The notes below the pieces were generated by a model that saw only the letters and a program-made list of their open reading frames with translations, did no database searches and was not told the DNA's origin. DNA of 64,000 nt from Vicugna vicugna (taxonomy: Eukaryota), in assembly GCA_013265495.1 (NCBI GenBank), contig MU058781.1, positions 2,334,158 to 2,398,157 of the forward strand, in the 5' to 3' direction. Positions 1 to 11,159 of this stretch are shown here, piece after piece (the first letter of the stretch is position 1; each line of letters begins with the position of its first letter). Both the position numbers and the translations under genes were made by a program.

Positions 1-2476
1 TGGTTTTCTTTCTGTCAAAGAGGAAACTTGTTTTGAATGTATCCATCTTTGATAAATTAAATCCTTTAGAAATCATACCTTTTTAATCTTATACTTCCAA
101 AGAATTATTTGTAAATTCATATCTCATTAACAACTGTGCCATTTCTCCCCCTCAAAAAGACAATTGTTTAAATTGGACATCTTGATTCATAGTTAATAAT
201 GAGATTTAGGTCAGGTGTGAATCTTGGTCCCGAGGTAAGCTTATTACTGGGAAACCAAAAGAACGCAAACAGCATATGACATCCAACTATACATTTTGCT
301 ATTTGCTGCACATGAGTTATGAAATTGGGAAGGTAGAGGAAGATGAATAATTTATTTCCTAGAAGCCTTTTCAGCCCCAGCAAATAGACCCTAATTAGGT
401 GAACCTGCTCTCCGTACCCTAAGCATATCCAAACCTGTCTGTATCCAGCATGAACACAGGGCGTTGTTCTGAAGGTAGGATCCTAAATATGCTAACCGAT
501 AAAGAGAATGGTAGTGATTTTGGAATAGAAATAAAACATCATTTCAAATACAGGCTCTTCATAAAGTCTTATTACAGTTTTCAAACTACTATTTTTTTCT
601 TTGTTTTGAGGCATGACCTTGAAGAATCAATAAGCATAATTAGTCAGAAAATTTCTTTCTTTGCTTTGCTTATAGAAATTAATTTGGCAAGCCATGGTTA
701 ATTCAGCAAGCATGTTTGCACTACCCATATTTTGTGTATCTAACCCACTGTATACAATTGTGCCCTGTGATCACTTTGAACTGCTGCCTGCAGTTTATGT
801 TTTGAAGGTTCAGAGTTGCAGGAGGGCTTTAGGGAGACCCTTATGGTGTGAGAAAGGAGGGTTTCTTGTTTCCTGACTTCACATAAGGCATGTTCTTAAG
901 CATAATCTTTTATTTGCTGCTCATTGAAATCTTGTCAGTCCTGAGAGAACAGTATACTGGGGATCATTCTAAATCAAATCCGCGGAGCTCATGTGGTCTA
1001 GGTCTTCCAGGGAGGGGTCGCTCGGCAGCTGAGTCTGCAATGCTGTGTGTACTTTACCAGGGGCCCTCTGGCAGCAACAGTCCCATATTGGTGGGCTAAC
1101 CTACTAGTGACTTCAGTGGTTTAAACTTTAAGAAAGATTTTGCTAGATTACAGAAGGGGGAGTGGTGCTTGAGCAAGCCACTGGGGAAGGTTTAGAGGTG
1201 AGGAAAGTCTTTCAGTGCTTTGGAAAACACATCATGCTGACATTCTACTGACAACTGCTCTGCAGTTTCTATCTGCAGCTTGTTTGGGCCCAAACTGTCA
1301 TGGTCAGGACCTAAGGGGGTAGGAGGCATCATTTACCTTATAGGAGTTTGATATTAAATACCCACCATCAGTTAGGTAACTTTTGAGAACATAAGGAAAC
1401 AAGATGCCCTGTGTAGTGTTTTAAGTTTGAGGAAACTAAAAGTGGAGAATGAAAAGGTATTCTGCTCTTAGATCTCAATTTATCTAGAGGCCAGGAAGGG
1501 TCTCCATCACCTCTTTGTCATCTCTGACCAAAGCAGTAAATGACATTAAACCTCTCTGTGTGATTTCACACTGAAACTGTAATTGAGCAGACATCTGGCA
1601 GCACTTCCTTGGCACAGAGAATAAATGTTCAGAAACCCAAGTTGCAGTTCTGAGAAGCAAGCAGCACAAATCCACGTCCCTGCCTACTCACTGCAAGGCC
1701 CCTCACCCTCTCAGCAACTGTTCATCTTCACACAGCAATGAAGCTCAGATGCCAACTCTAACGTCTATGGAACTCACCTCAGGCTGCTGGGGTTTCCTAA
1801 AGGGGAAAGGGAGGGAGCTCGAGACCAAGCCCAACTTCCTGTGTACAGGGGATTTCCGGCCCAGAGCTCCACCCTGCTGGGACCGCTCTGCCCCAAAGAG
1901 CAGAAATGCTGTGTGGGAACGGGCAGGCCCCTCGGCCCTCACCTGGCCATGCAGCCACCTCTCCAAGGAGGATGCTCACCTGCAAGCTGTTTTTCTTAAG
2001 ATTTGGCCTCACCTTGTGTGATTTGTACAGAATGTACTTTTACAGACGGTACTTCCTGAGTACCGTCATCGGTCATTGTGCTAAGTCTCCCTTGCGGGCT
2101 GGTGGTAACTCATTTTGCTGGCTGCAAAAGGAAAAAAGAAAAAAGGGTCTGGTTTGGAGGGTCTCTGAGGCCGGTTGGCTGAGAGAATGCTGTCAAAGTG
2201 AGCAGGCAGCATACCTGACAGATGAATGGTGACAGTCATGGCTGCCAGGAAGTATGGGCACTCTCTGGCAAGAGCCACTTTTTGTTTTTTTGGTGTGTGG
2301 GAGTTCAGAGACAACTCCTAGAGCTGGCATCATCCACCTGAAGTAGAAATGTATAGGAATAGGGAATGGAGGGAGAATGTGTACGTCTTTGAGGGGGTGT
2401 GTGTGTGTGAACACAACACAACAGCTTTCTATCAATGAAGCTAAGAACTGGTTTTCCTTTTATTAAAAAAAGAAAG

Positions 2477-2640
2477 CTTTATTGCATTGCAGTCAATATA
2501 CAACTGTGCATAACTAATGTGTGCAATTTGATGAATTCAGACACATGCAAACACCTGTGGTACCATCACTACAATCAAGGTGATAGACATTTCCAACACC
2601 TTCCAACTTTTCCTTGTGTCCCTTAGGCTTTCTAAAAATT
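2477..2640 (-). mobile_element. Old LINE-1 3' end (L1MA8/L1MA9-like), left piece, interrupted by a young L1
   Basis: CTTTATTG...GCAATTTGATGAATT...CCATCACTACAATCAAGGTGATAGACATTTCC resembles the antisense L1MA 3' terminus; it resumes at 3553. Confidence 0.75.
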
Positions 2641-2649
2641 GTTTTTTTT

Positions 2650-3502
2650 AGAAATGCAAATCAAAATTACGATGAGGTATCACCTTACACCAGTCAGAAT
2701 GGCCATCATGCAAAAGTTCACAAATGACAAATGCTGGAGAGGCTGTGGAGAAAAGGGAACCCTCCTACACTGCTGGTGGGAGTGCAGTTTGGTGCAGCCA
2801 CTGTGGAAAACAGTATGGAGATTCCTCAAAAGACTAGGAATAGACTTACCATATGACCCAGGAATCCCGCTCCTGGGCATATATATCCAAAAGGAACCCT
2901 ACTTCAAAATGACACCTGCACTCCAATGTTCATAGAAGCACTGTTTACAATAGCCAAGACATGGAAACAGCCTGAATGTCTATCAACAGATGACTGGATA
3001 AAGAAGATGTGGTCTATTTATACAATGGAATACTATTCAGCCATAAAAACGACAACATAACGCCATTTGCAGCAACATGGGTGCCCCTGGAGAATGTCAT
3101 TCTAAGTGAACTAAGCCAGAAAGAGAAAGAAAAATACCATAGGAGATCGCTCATATGCAGAGTCTAAAAAAAGAAAAAAAAAGAACATAAATACAAAACA
3201 GAAAACAGACTCATAGACATAGAATACAAACTTGTGGTTGCCAAGGGGGCGGAGGGTGGGAAGGGATAAACTGGGAGTTCAAAATTTGTAGATACTGACA
3301 GGCATATGTAGAATAGATAAACAAGATTATACTGTAGAGCACAGGGAAGTATATACAAGATCTTGTGGTAGCTCACAGCAAAAAACAATGTGACAGTGAA
3401 TATACATATGTTCATGTATAACTGAAAAATTGTGCTCTACACTGGAATTTGACAACATTGTAAAATGACTATAACTCAATAAAAAATGTTGGGGAAAAAA
3501 AA
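2650..3502 (+). mobile_element. Young 5'-truncated LINE-1 (camelid L1-like): ORF2 C-terminus, 3' UTR and A-tail
   Basis: ORF 2639-2935 encodes the L1 ORF2 Cys-rich C-terminus ([11 protein letters not shown]...[19 protein letters not shown]...[13 protein letters not shown]), then frameshifts at an ATATAT run. AATAAA at 3478-3483, A-tail to 3502. Target-site duplication AAAAATTG[T/C]TTTTTT at ~2634-2648 and 3538-3552. Confidence 0.95.
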
Positions 3503-3552
3503 GAAATGAGCTATCAAGCCATGAATAGACACACACAAAAAATTGCTTTTTT

Positions 3553-3702
3553 GTGGTAAGAACACTTAACATGAGATCTACTGTCTTAAAATGTTAAGTA
3601 CACAACACTGTACTGTTAACAGTAGGCATATGTTGTATAGCATAGAACTCATTAATTTAGCGTGACTGAAACTTTATATCCATTAAACAACAACTCCCAT
3701 TT
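3553..3702 (-). mobile_element. Old LINE-1 3' end (L1MA8/L1MA9-like), right piece
   Basis: GTGGTAAGAACACTTAACATGAGATCTAC...GACTGAAACTTTATATCCATTAAACAACAACTCCCATTT is typical antisense L1MA 3' UTR. Confidence 0.8.
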
Positions 3703-3789
3703 AGAACTGATTTTCCTTTATCTAAACTTCTATTTTACAAGAAGTTACAAGAGCTTTAGCCTTACCTCTCATGAAGCAGCGTGATTTAG

Positions 3790-4016
3790 CAGTGGTTTCC
3801 AAACATTTTTTTAAAGCACCGGAAGCTGCTTTTTTTTTCAGATGCCTACACCTGAGCCCCAGATTACAAAAGAGATCAAAGCAGAGCTGCTCTGGTTGGA
3901 GTGGGTGCTGGTCCTAGAGACCTAAACCCTCCACTGATCCTCCTATGTCCAGGAAGGCCCGAGAGACACCTACATGAAGGCCCTAAAGCTCCCCAGAACA
4001 AAAGTTAACAAACCTG
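3790..4016 (-). mobile_element. hAT-Charlie MITE, MER103C-like
   Basis: Starts CAGTGGTTTCCAAAC; internal AAAGCAGAGCTGCTCTGGTTGGAGTGGG matches the recalled MER103C reverse complement. Confidence 0.7.
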
Positions 4017-4029
4017 TGAGTAGGAAGAG

Positions 4030-4235
4030 GTCTGGCAGACCTGAATTTGGATTCTGACTCTGCTACTTTGGAGCGTTGAGACATTTGGTTATTCATTAAC
4101 ACTTCTGCACCTCAGCTTCCTTATCCATAAAATAGGAGTAATAACACTTAGGTTGCAGGGTAGCTGCAGGGAGGAGAAAATGCAGTTAAAGCACTTGGCA
4201 CCCCGTCTGGCACGTGGAGTCTTTACACAACTTAT
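4030..4235 (+). mobile_element. MIR SINE
   Basis: CAGACCTGAATTTGGATTCTGACTCTGCTACTT...CTCAGCTTCCTTATCCATAAAATAGGAGTAATAA core, ...AAAGCACTTGGCAC tail. Confidence 0.8.
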
Positions 4236-4409
4236 TGTTGCTGTAGTATTTCAGGGAGACACTGGGATGTGGACTACCCGCTAGAGGCCAGGAAAGAAAA
4301 AAGTGACAGCAAGGAGACTTCCCTTAGCTCAGAACTCTTATGGCTATTGCTGTCCTATTTGGCACTCCTCTCTTAAAAGCATGTGAATGCTTTGTTTTGT
4401 ATCTTCTCT

Positions 4410-5370
4410 TTAAAAAACAGGACAATGAAGAGTAAATAGACCGCCTACTAAATGGGAGAAAATATTTAAATATTTTCAACAAACAAATCAACAACAAAAA
4501 GGCAAAAGAACCCAATTTTGAAATAAGCAAGAGTTATTTGAATGATTGTTTCTTCAAAGAAGAGATACAAATGGCCAAGAAGCACTTGAAAACATGCTTA
4601 ACCTCCTTAGTCATTAAGGAAATGGAAATCAAAACCACAATTAGATACCACTTCATATTCACAGAAAAATAACGAGTGTTGGTGAGAATGTTGAGAAATT
4701 GGAAATTTCATACATTGTTGGTGGGAATGTAAAATACTATAGCCCTGATGGAAAATAGTTAGTAATCCCTTAAAAAGTTAAATATGGAATTGTCCTATGG
4801 ACCTATAAATTCCACCCAAAGGTATATACTTAAAGGAAATGAAAACAAATGTTCAAACAAAAACTTGTACACAAATGTTCATAGCAGCATTATTCACAAT
4901 ATGCAGAAGGTGGAAACTACCCAAATGTCCATCAGCCAATGGGTGGATAAACCAAATGGGTATATCCATAGAGTGGAATATTATTCATCCATAAAAGGAA
5001 TGAAGTACTGATCCATGCCGAAACGAGGATGAACCTTGAAAACGTTGTACAAAGTGGAAGAAATCAGATACAAAAGGCTAGATGTTGTATGATTCTATTT
5101 ATATGAAATATAGGAAGAGGCAAGTCTATAGAGACAGAAATCAAATTAGTGAATGCCAGGTGCTGGGGGAGGTGGAAAAGAGGGAGTGACTACCAGTGGG
5201 TACAAGATTCCTTTTGCGGTGGTGAAAAAGTTCTGGAACTAGATAGTGGTGACGGTTGAGCAGCATTATGAATCTACTTGATGCCACTGGATTGGACCCT
5301 TCTAAATGATTAAAATACAAGTTTTCTATTATGTGTAATTTACCACAAAATAACAATAATTTTAAAAAAA
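4410..5370 (+). mobile_element. LINE-1 ORF2 3' part and 3' UTR (L1MB-like)
   Basis: AAATGGCCAAGAAGCAC, GAAATCAAAACCACAATTAGATACCAC, CAAATGTTCATAGCAGCATTATTCACAATA, TTCTGGAACTAGATAGTGGTGA; decayed ORF 4784-5011. Confidence 0.9.
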
Positions 5371-8300
5371 GGATAGAACAAATGTTATCCAGCCAAAATA
5401 CAGCCTGTGCATTTTAAAACTGATTTTGAAGACTTGGTTTTCTTTTTTTCTTTGAACTTCTTGCGTAGATATAGTAAAACACAGCCCTAAAATGCCAGGA
5501 CATCTGTGCTCAAAAAGGTTCATTCTTGTTTCAGGGGTTAACCCCCTCCAGAAGGCCAACAAGAACTGGACTGGAGAATATGAGTGCCCATTCCTCCCTC
5601 AAAGGACAGTTTAAAAGGGAAACTTTCCAGGAGCCTAACCAAGAGCCTAACTGGGACATGAGCAAGCACCCCAGCTTGTTCTCTGGGACATGGCTACTCT
5701 CGGCTTAATGGGAGCTGCCACAGTTCAGGTCTTGGTTTGTATGTTGCCCTAATAAGCTCAGAACCTTTTCCCCTGGGTCCTTCCCTAGGAAGGGGGCATG
5801 CCAGGAACTGTGGTCTCAGGGATATTCCTTGGGATTTCAAATGAGACCCAGCTCAAGGCAGGTTTTCAAATCCCGGGGGCTGTGTTTGGCCCAGATACCT
5901 CCCTTTTGGTCATTTTTGCTGTTGCTGTTATTTTTAATTGCTGGGGCAATCATTGTACCCCTTTTCACAGCTTTTATGTGGAGAATCTTAAAGCTCTTTA
6001 CCTCCATTCCATTCCTTCACAGTCCTTTTAGCAATAATCATTCTTTTGCACTCCAAACTATAAAAACAAAATTCTTGGTAAGGCACACAAACTCCCTTCA
6101 GCCAAGTAAAGGAAACTCTTTGGAGAAGGAAGCTCCTGCCCACTCACCTGGGATGGCCTTAACTCACATCGGCTCATTACACGCAAATACTTGTCCTGTT
6201 TTGAGCCAACCTCGTGGGTCTCAAGCTCTTCTCTTAAAGAGAGAGTTGGGTTTGATTTTGTTCTTTTGTCTTTAGCTAATTCCTCCTTTATCATTTAACA
6301 ACCTAAATTTAGTTCAACACTCCATCCTTATAGTACAGATTTCCAATGTGCCATCAGAAGCAAAAGTAAGTACGAGTGGGAGGCTTTGGAGAGGGATGGG
6401 TGCAGGGAGGCAGGGGCTGTACATAAGGCCCAGGAGGTAGGAGGAGGAGCCACCATATTAGCGGAGCTGGATTCTGACATTCTCAGATTGCCCTCAGACA
6501 CAAAACAGAATCCCTCTGATTCAACTGAAAGGAGGTACCGCACTGCCTGCAGTGAAATAACTAATCATTTCTTTCCTTCCTACATTCATTCAGCAGTATG
6601 GTGTGTTGGCGCAATGCACAGTGCTTGTTAACCACTCCAGGAAAAGAAAGAGCCACTCACTCTGATTAGCTGTCAGAACTAATTTTCAGCCATGTTATTA
6701 TATGGTAAAGAAGAAAAAGGAAATCCAAGGAAACTGTGCTTAAGGCCAGTGCCTAATCAGGTTTTTTCCCCTTCATCTGTTTCATACAAAAGCTGCCTGG
6801 AATCACTGGTGTGATTAGGTTCACACCATTAGGTTCCTCTCTTCAAGTGTTAATTAAATGTGATATTTTAAAATATACACTCCTCTCTCCAGGTAGAACA
6901 AACTGAGCCTTTTGTAAATTGTTCAGTGCCCATTGGTCCCCCTTGCAGCTTTACTTCATTGCCTTGTACCTTCTATTCCCCTGTTGGGCCACAACTCCAG
7001 CAGCAGTAAGTATAGAGCAATTATTTCTGCCAGAAGTGGTCCCCCTGAAAGGGGCTTGCCTCATTTTGGTTGTGTGTATGTGTGTGCTTGAAAGAAAGGC
7101 ATATTATAATATCAGGCCTCTTTGTTTTCCCTCTTTTAAATACCCACTGGTTCTCCAAGATGTCATTGGCGAACACAACACCATTTGCTTTTTGTTCCCT
7201 TTACAAATATTTTCCACTTGAGCCCTTACAACTGCTGAGTGTCTTGCTATGGAAAGCAACTGTTCCAAAGTAGTAGGCTGAATGAATGCAGCCTGTGTGG
7301 TTTTGATTTAGGGATATTTACTATGCTTTTGGTTTGAAATACCGCAGGATCTGAAACCAGTTATAATCTCTTGGGTCGCTGAAGGCAACTCAAATGGTAG
7401 GTGTATGTGTGTGTAAGTTGGGAGCTGGGAGCAGATGGGGAGGCTTGGAAAAACCAATTAATCTGCCATGTCTTTTCCAATCATGCAATTATCCATTCAG
7501 TAGCTATTGCTGAATGCCTACTATATGTTCGCTGCTCCTGCACAAGTTAGGACACCCAAGGGTGACCAGTCAATCCACATAGAAAGCTTGTACTAGACAC
7601 TTCATGTTGGGAAGGGGAAGGTCAAATCTCATCATTGTCATAAATCTGTATAAGATTATCCAGAAATCTGGAGACATTGAGCATTTCCCTATCTTGGAAG
7701 AATGCTTACCATAAAGACACTTTCATAATTAAGTACTTTTTTATTTTAAAAAATGACTAGATTTTATATTATGCCAACAGACAAATCATATTATTGTCTC
7801 TCACTTTGATAAAAATGTCCAGATTATTTTACAGAGTGCCAGCTCTTCTCTTGCCAGAGTTTATCATAATAAAGTACTTGAAAATATTCTTTTTGTCCAG
7901 GTTCAAATTATCCAACAAATCTTCTGACACTACACTTGATTGTAGCAAGAGGCCAGGCAACTGAAAGTCACATGCCTGGACAACATCCTCAGGATTCTCC
8001 CTTCTCTCTCTGAACCTTTCCCACTCCCCATGTAGCCTCCAATTTTAATTTGATTTTGCTCCTATGACTCATTCTCCTACAGGGGTGGTCTGTACCTCAC
8101 CCTAGATCAGGTTCTACTAACTGTTCCCTTTTAAAGCATTGTAGCAAGACAAGAAGTGATTCCTAGTTTGTTCTCTAAGTGATTCAAGAGTTTGTTAAGC
8201 TCTTGATAGGTTTAAGCAAATTTCCCCATAACTCTCAGATGTATGTGACTAGGTAGACTTTTGGAAACTCAATTCTAATGGGATTCTCATTTCAAACATA

Positions 8301-8656
8301 CATCTAAGTATGCAAGTGCTGGAGGGTAAGGACTAGCTCTTTTTTTCCTGTGTAACCCGCCATATCTAGTCTAGTGCTAGCAATGGGGAATGCACAAAAT
8401 GTATTGCCATAGGGTAATCACTGGGATGCTCTGTTAGTTGGCAGTACCAATTGATAATTTCAATCTAGTAGTGAAAACAAATCCTGACCTTTCTCCACCC
8501 TATACCCTGATGAGGAATGTGTTGGATCCATTAAGTAGAAATGTACCTCTATAATAGGAGAGCTATCAAAATTTCAGGCATCTCACCCTCTGTTTTATTA
8601 AAGAGATATCATAATCTTTTTCCTGCTTTTTAAAATAGTTCAAGAGGGCTATGCCC

Positions 8657-9085
8657 TATGGTAGATTATGTTTTCAAGGTGTCTACAACAATATTTCTCA
8701 TTCTGCAGCCCTCTTGTGCTATGATCTTGCCAATCTCTCGTAAGAAGGTGGAGCTTATTTCCTTCTTAACCCCTTTGGATCTAGGCTGGCCCAGTGACCG
8801 CTCTTGACTAATAAAATGTTATGTAATTACACTGTGTGTTTTCAAGGAAAGGTCTTAACTTTTACTTGCCTTTACTTTTTGCAAGGCTCCGTCTTGGAAT
8901 CCAGCCACCATACTGTTAGGAAGCCACGGCAGATACATGGACAGGCCCAGATGGAGGATAACTGAAGCTCCCAGCTAGTAGCCCAGTTGAGCTCCCAGAC
9001 AGCCACCAGCACCAGTTAGCATTTTGAATTTTCTAGTTGTCCCAACACCCCAGGCTAAATCATGCAAAGGAGAACTGTCCCAATT
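8657..9085 (+). mobile_element. MaLR LTR (MLT1F/G/H-like)
   Basis: GGTGGAGCTTATTTCC, GGCTGGCCCAGTGACC, CCAGCCACCATACTGTTAGGAAGCC and CAGCCACCAGCACC are MLT1 hallmarks. Confidence 0.75.
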
Positions 9086-9844
9086 GTAAAAAATAAAAAA
9101 CCTTGAGCAGAAACACTAACTAATGGAATTCCTGTAATTGGAGGACAGATGTTGGTAAGAGTGTGGGGTACATTTTGGATAACTGAACTTTCCCAATCTC
9201 TGAAATCATGCCATTTGGTTTACTGACTGCTTCTATGGGAACGTGGGAAGAGCAGAAGGTGAAAAAACCCCAGAAACACTTTAATTTGGGTTACGACACC
9301 TTAAATAGGCCCTGAGTGGCCTTTTCAGCCCTCTCTTGTAGGAGATGCTCAGTGATCAGGAGAATGAAGTCAGAGGTAGCCTTGGGGTGTCTCCTCCCCA
9401 ACTCTTTCCCATCCCTTACAACTACCAGTTATCTTTTGTTCAGGCAAAAATCAATATTGCTTATCTATGAATATCTCCAATAGTATTCAGGCTAACTGAG
9501 TTTTCTCAAAAGCAACATCAGCTAGGACCCCAACATTAACAGGAATGATGAGCCGTTTTTCATTAGGAGCCTGCAAAAAGATTCATATGAAAGTAGCGCT
9601 CTCCTCCCCGAAGCAGAGGCATTGAACAGAGGTCCATCTGCTCCATACAGGTTGAGATTCTGTTTCACTAGACTTGGATGAGTTGGAGGGATTACAATTT
9701 TGAGGTTAAGTGTAAATGAAGAATACAAAATTAGAGTGAGCTTGCTGTAAGATTCCTCCTAGGGACACATCCATCTCATTAGGTCACTCTGCATTTGGGG
9801 CCACAACTGAACTTCCCCTTGGCTGGCGATAGTTATATTGTAGA

Positions 9845-10003
9845 GCAGTACTTGTCACACATTAGTGTGCATACAAACCACCTTGGATCTAGATAGAATG
9901 CTGATTCAGTAGATCTGGGGAGTGCCTAAGGCTCTGCACTTCTACCAAACGTTCAGGTGATGCTGATGCTCCTGGTCCACAGACCATGCTTTGAATAGCA
10001 AGG
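9845..10003. mobile_element. hAT-Charlie MER5-family MITE
   Basis: CTGATTCAGTAGATCTGGGG...CAGGTGATGCTGATGCTCCTGGTCCACAGACCATGCTTTGAATAGCAAGG. Confidence 0.8.
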
Positions 10004-10009
10004 TGAATT

Positions 10010-10185
10010 TATTCCATTGTCAATGAGCCAAGAGACATGGGTTCAATCCAAGTTCTACCTGACTTTGTGTGAATTATTTTAATCTCACTAAAATTCTGAC
10101 TTTTTATCTATAAAATGGCAAGTAATAATATTTTCCCCAAAAGTACTGTTTTAAGAGTTCAGTGAGATAACCAGTAAAGCACTTT
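10010..10185 (+). mobile_element. MIR SINE
   Basis: GAGACATGGGTTCAATCC...TTTTTATCTATAAAATGGCAAGTAATAATA...GTGAGATAA...GTAAAGCACTTT. Confidence 0.7.
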
Positions 10186-11113
10186 ACAAGTTTACATTGG
10201 TTGGTGATCTTGAGGCTTGCTTGGATTCTCCACCAAGTATATTGCATAGCTGTGGGCTTTTCACAGCAGAACCGAGAAGAGGAAGGTGTGGGGAACCCAG
10301 CTTCTCAGTGACAGACAGCCCTCCTGGCTGCTCCCATGGGTCTGATTGGAGGGTTAAGCAAAAGTTAAAACTGATCATGGTGACACTACCAAGGGCCAGT
10401 TGAGACCTCAGCCCTTTGGAGGGTACAACACCTAGCTGTGTCCTCTATTCATTTGTGAAGGAAAGACAAGAATATGTATTTTCCCTTTGATTCTTTTTCT
10501 TATTAAAGAGAAAGGATCGAAAATAGAAAATGTTTCTTCTACTGAGACTTTAGGATCAATGAATTTTTTAAACAGTTGGAGCAGTTCTCTCCTAGTATTA
10601 AAAGTGGTAAGTCATATCAAAGGCCTTTGAAATCTCTGATGCTTACACAGTTCTAAGGCTTTGTTATTGTGGAATTTCATTGGTGAAAAACACCTCCTAG
10701 GCCACATGCTGATCATCTTGAATTGGTAAAAGTCTTATAATTCATCTAAATAAAAGTGGTTTGCCTGGGTCCTGGCTGGATAAGCTGAATTACAGCTAAG
10801 TGTGAGTGCTGTGATAGGGAGAAACTGCTTGGATAAAGGTCAAACAAAAATCACGTTCCCTTGATCATTCAACTCCTAAAGCAAATTCGTATCAAGATCC
10901 TTATGATATTTGTAAGGTTTCTACAAATCCTTTTTTACTTTGGTTTCCTGCCAGAAATGGGTGCAGATGCATCAGCTACCTCGCAAGGAAAACCTGTTCT
11001 CACAAGTTTTATCACACCACTTGGCAGAGAAAAAGCTTGGGTAGAGGCTGAGAACTTTCACATAAATCCAGAAAGTTTGGGAATTCAGCCATCTTGACTT
11101 AACGCCCACCACC

Positions 11114-11159
11114 AAAAAAAAAAAAAAAAAAAAAAAAAAAACCAACAACAAAAAAAAAC
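11114..11159 (+). repeat. Poly(A) tract (A28 plus interrupted A-rich tail)
   Basis: Read directly from the sequence. Confidence 0.95.

Noticed and set aside
2639..2935. ORF with a Cys/His motif as a host gene
   Set aside because: It is the frameshifted C-terminus of L1 ORF2.
5829..6275. 148-aa ORF with a hydrophobic stretch
   Set aside because: TTG start; the hydrophobicity comes from T-rich sequence; no recognisable family.
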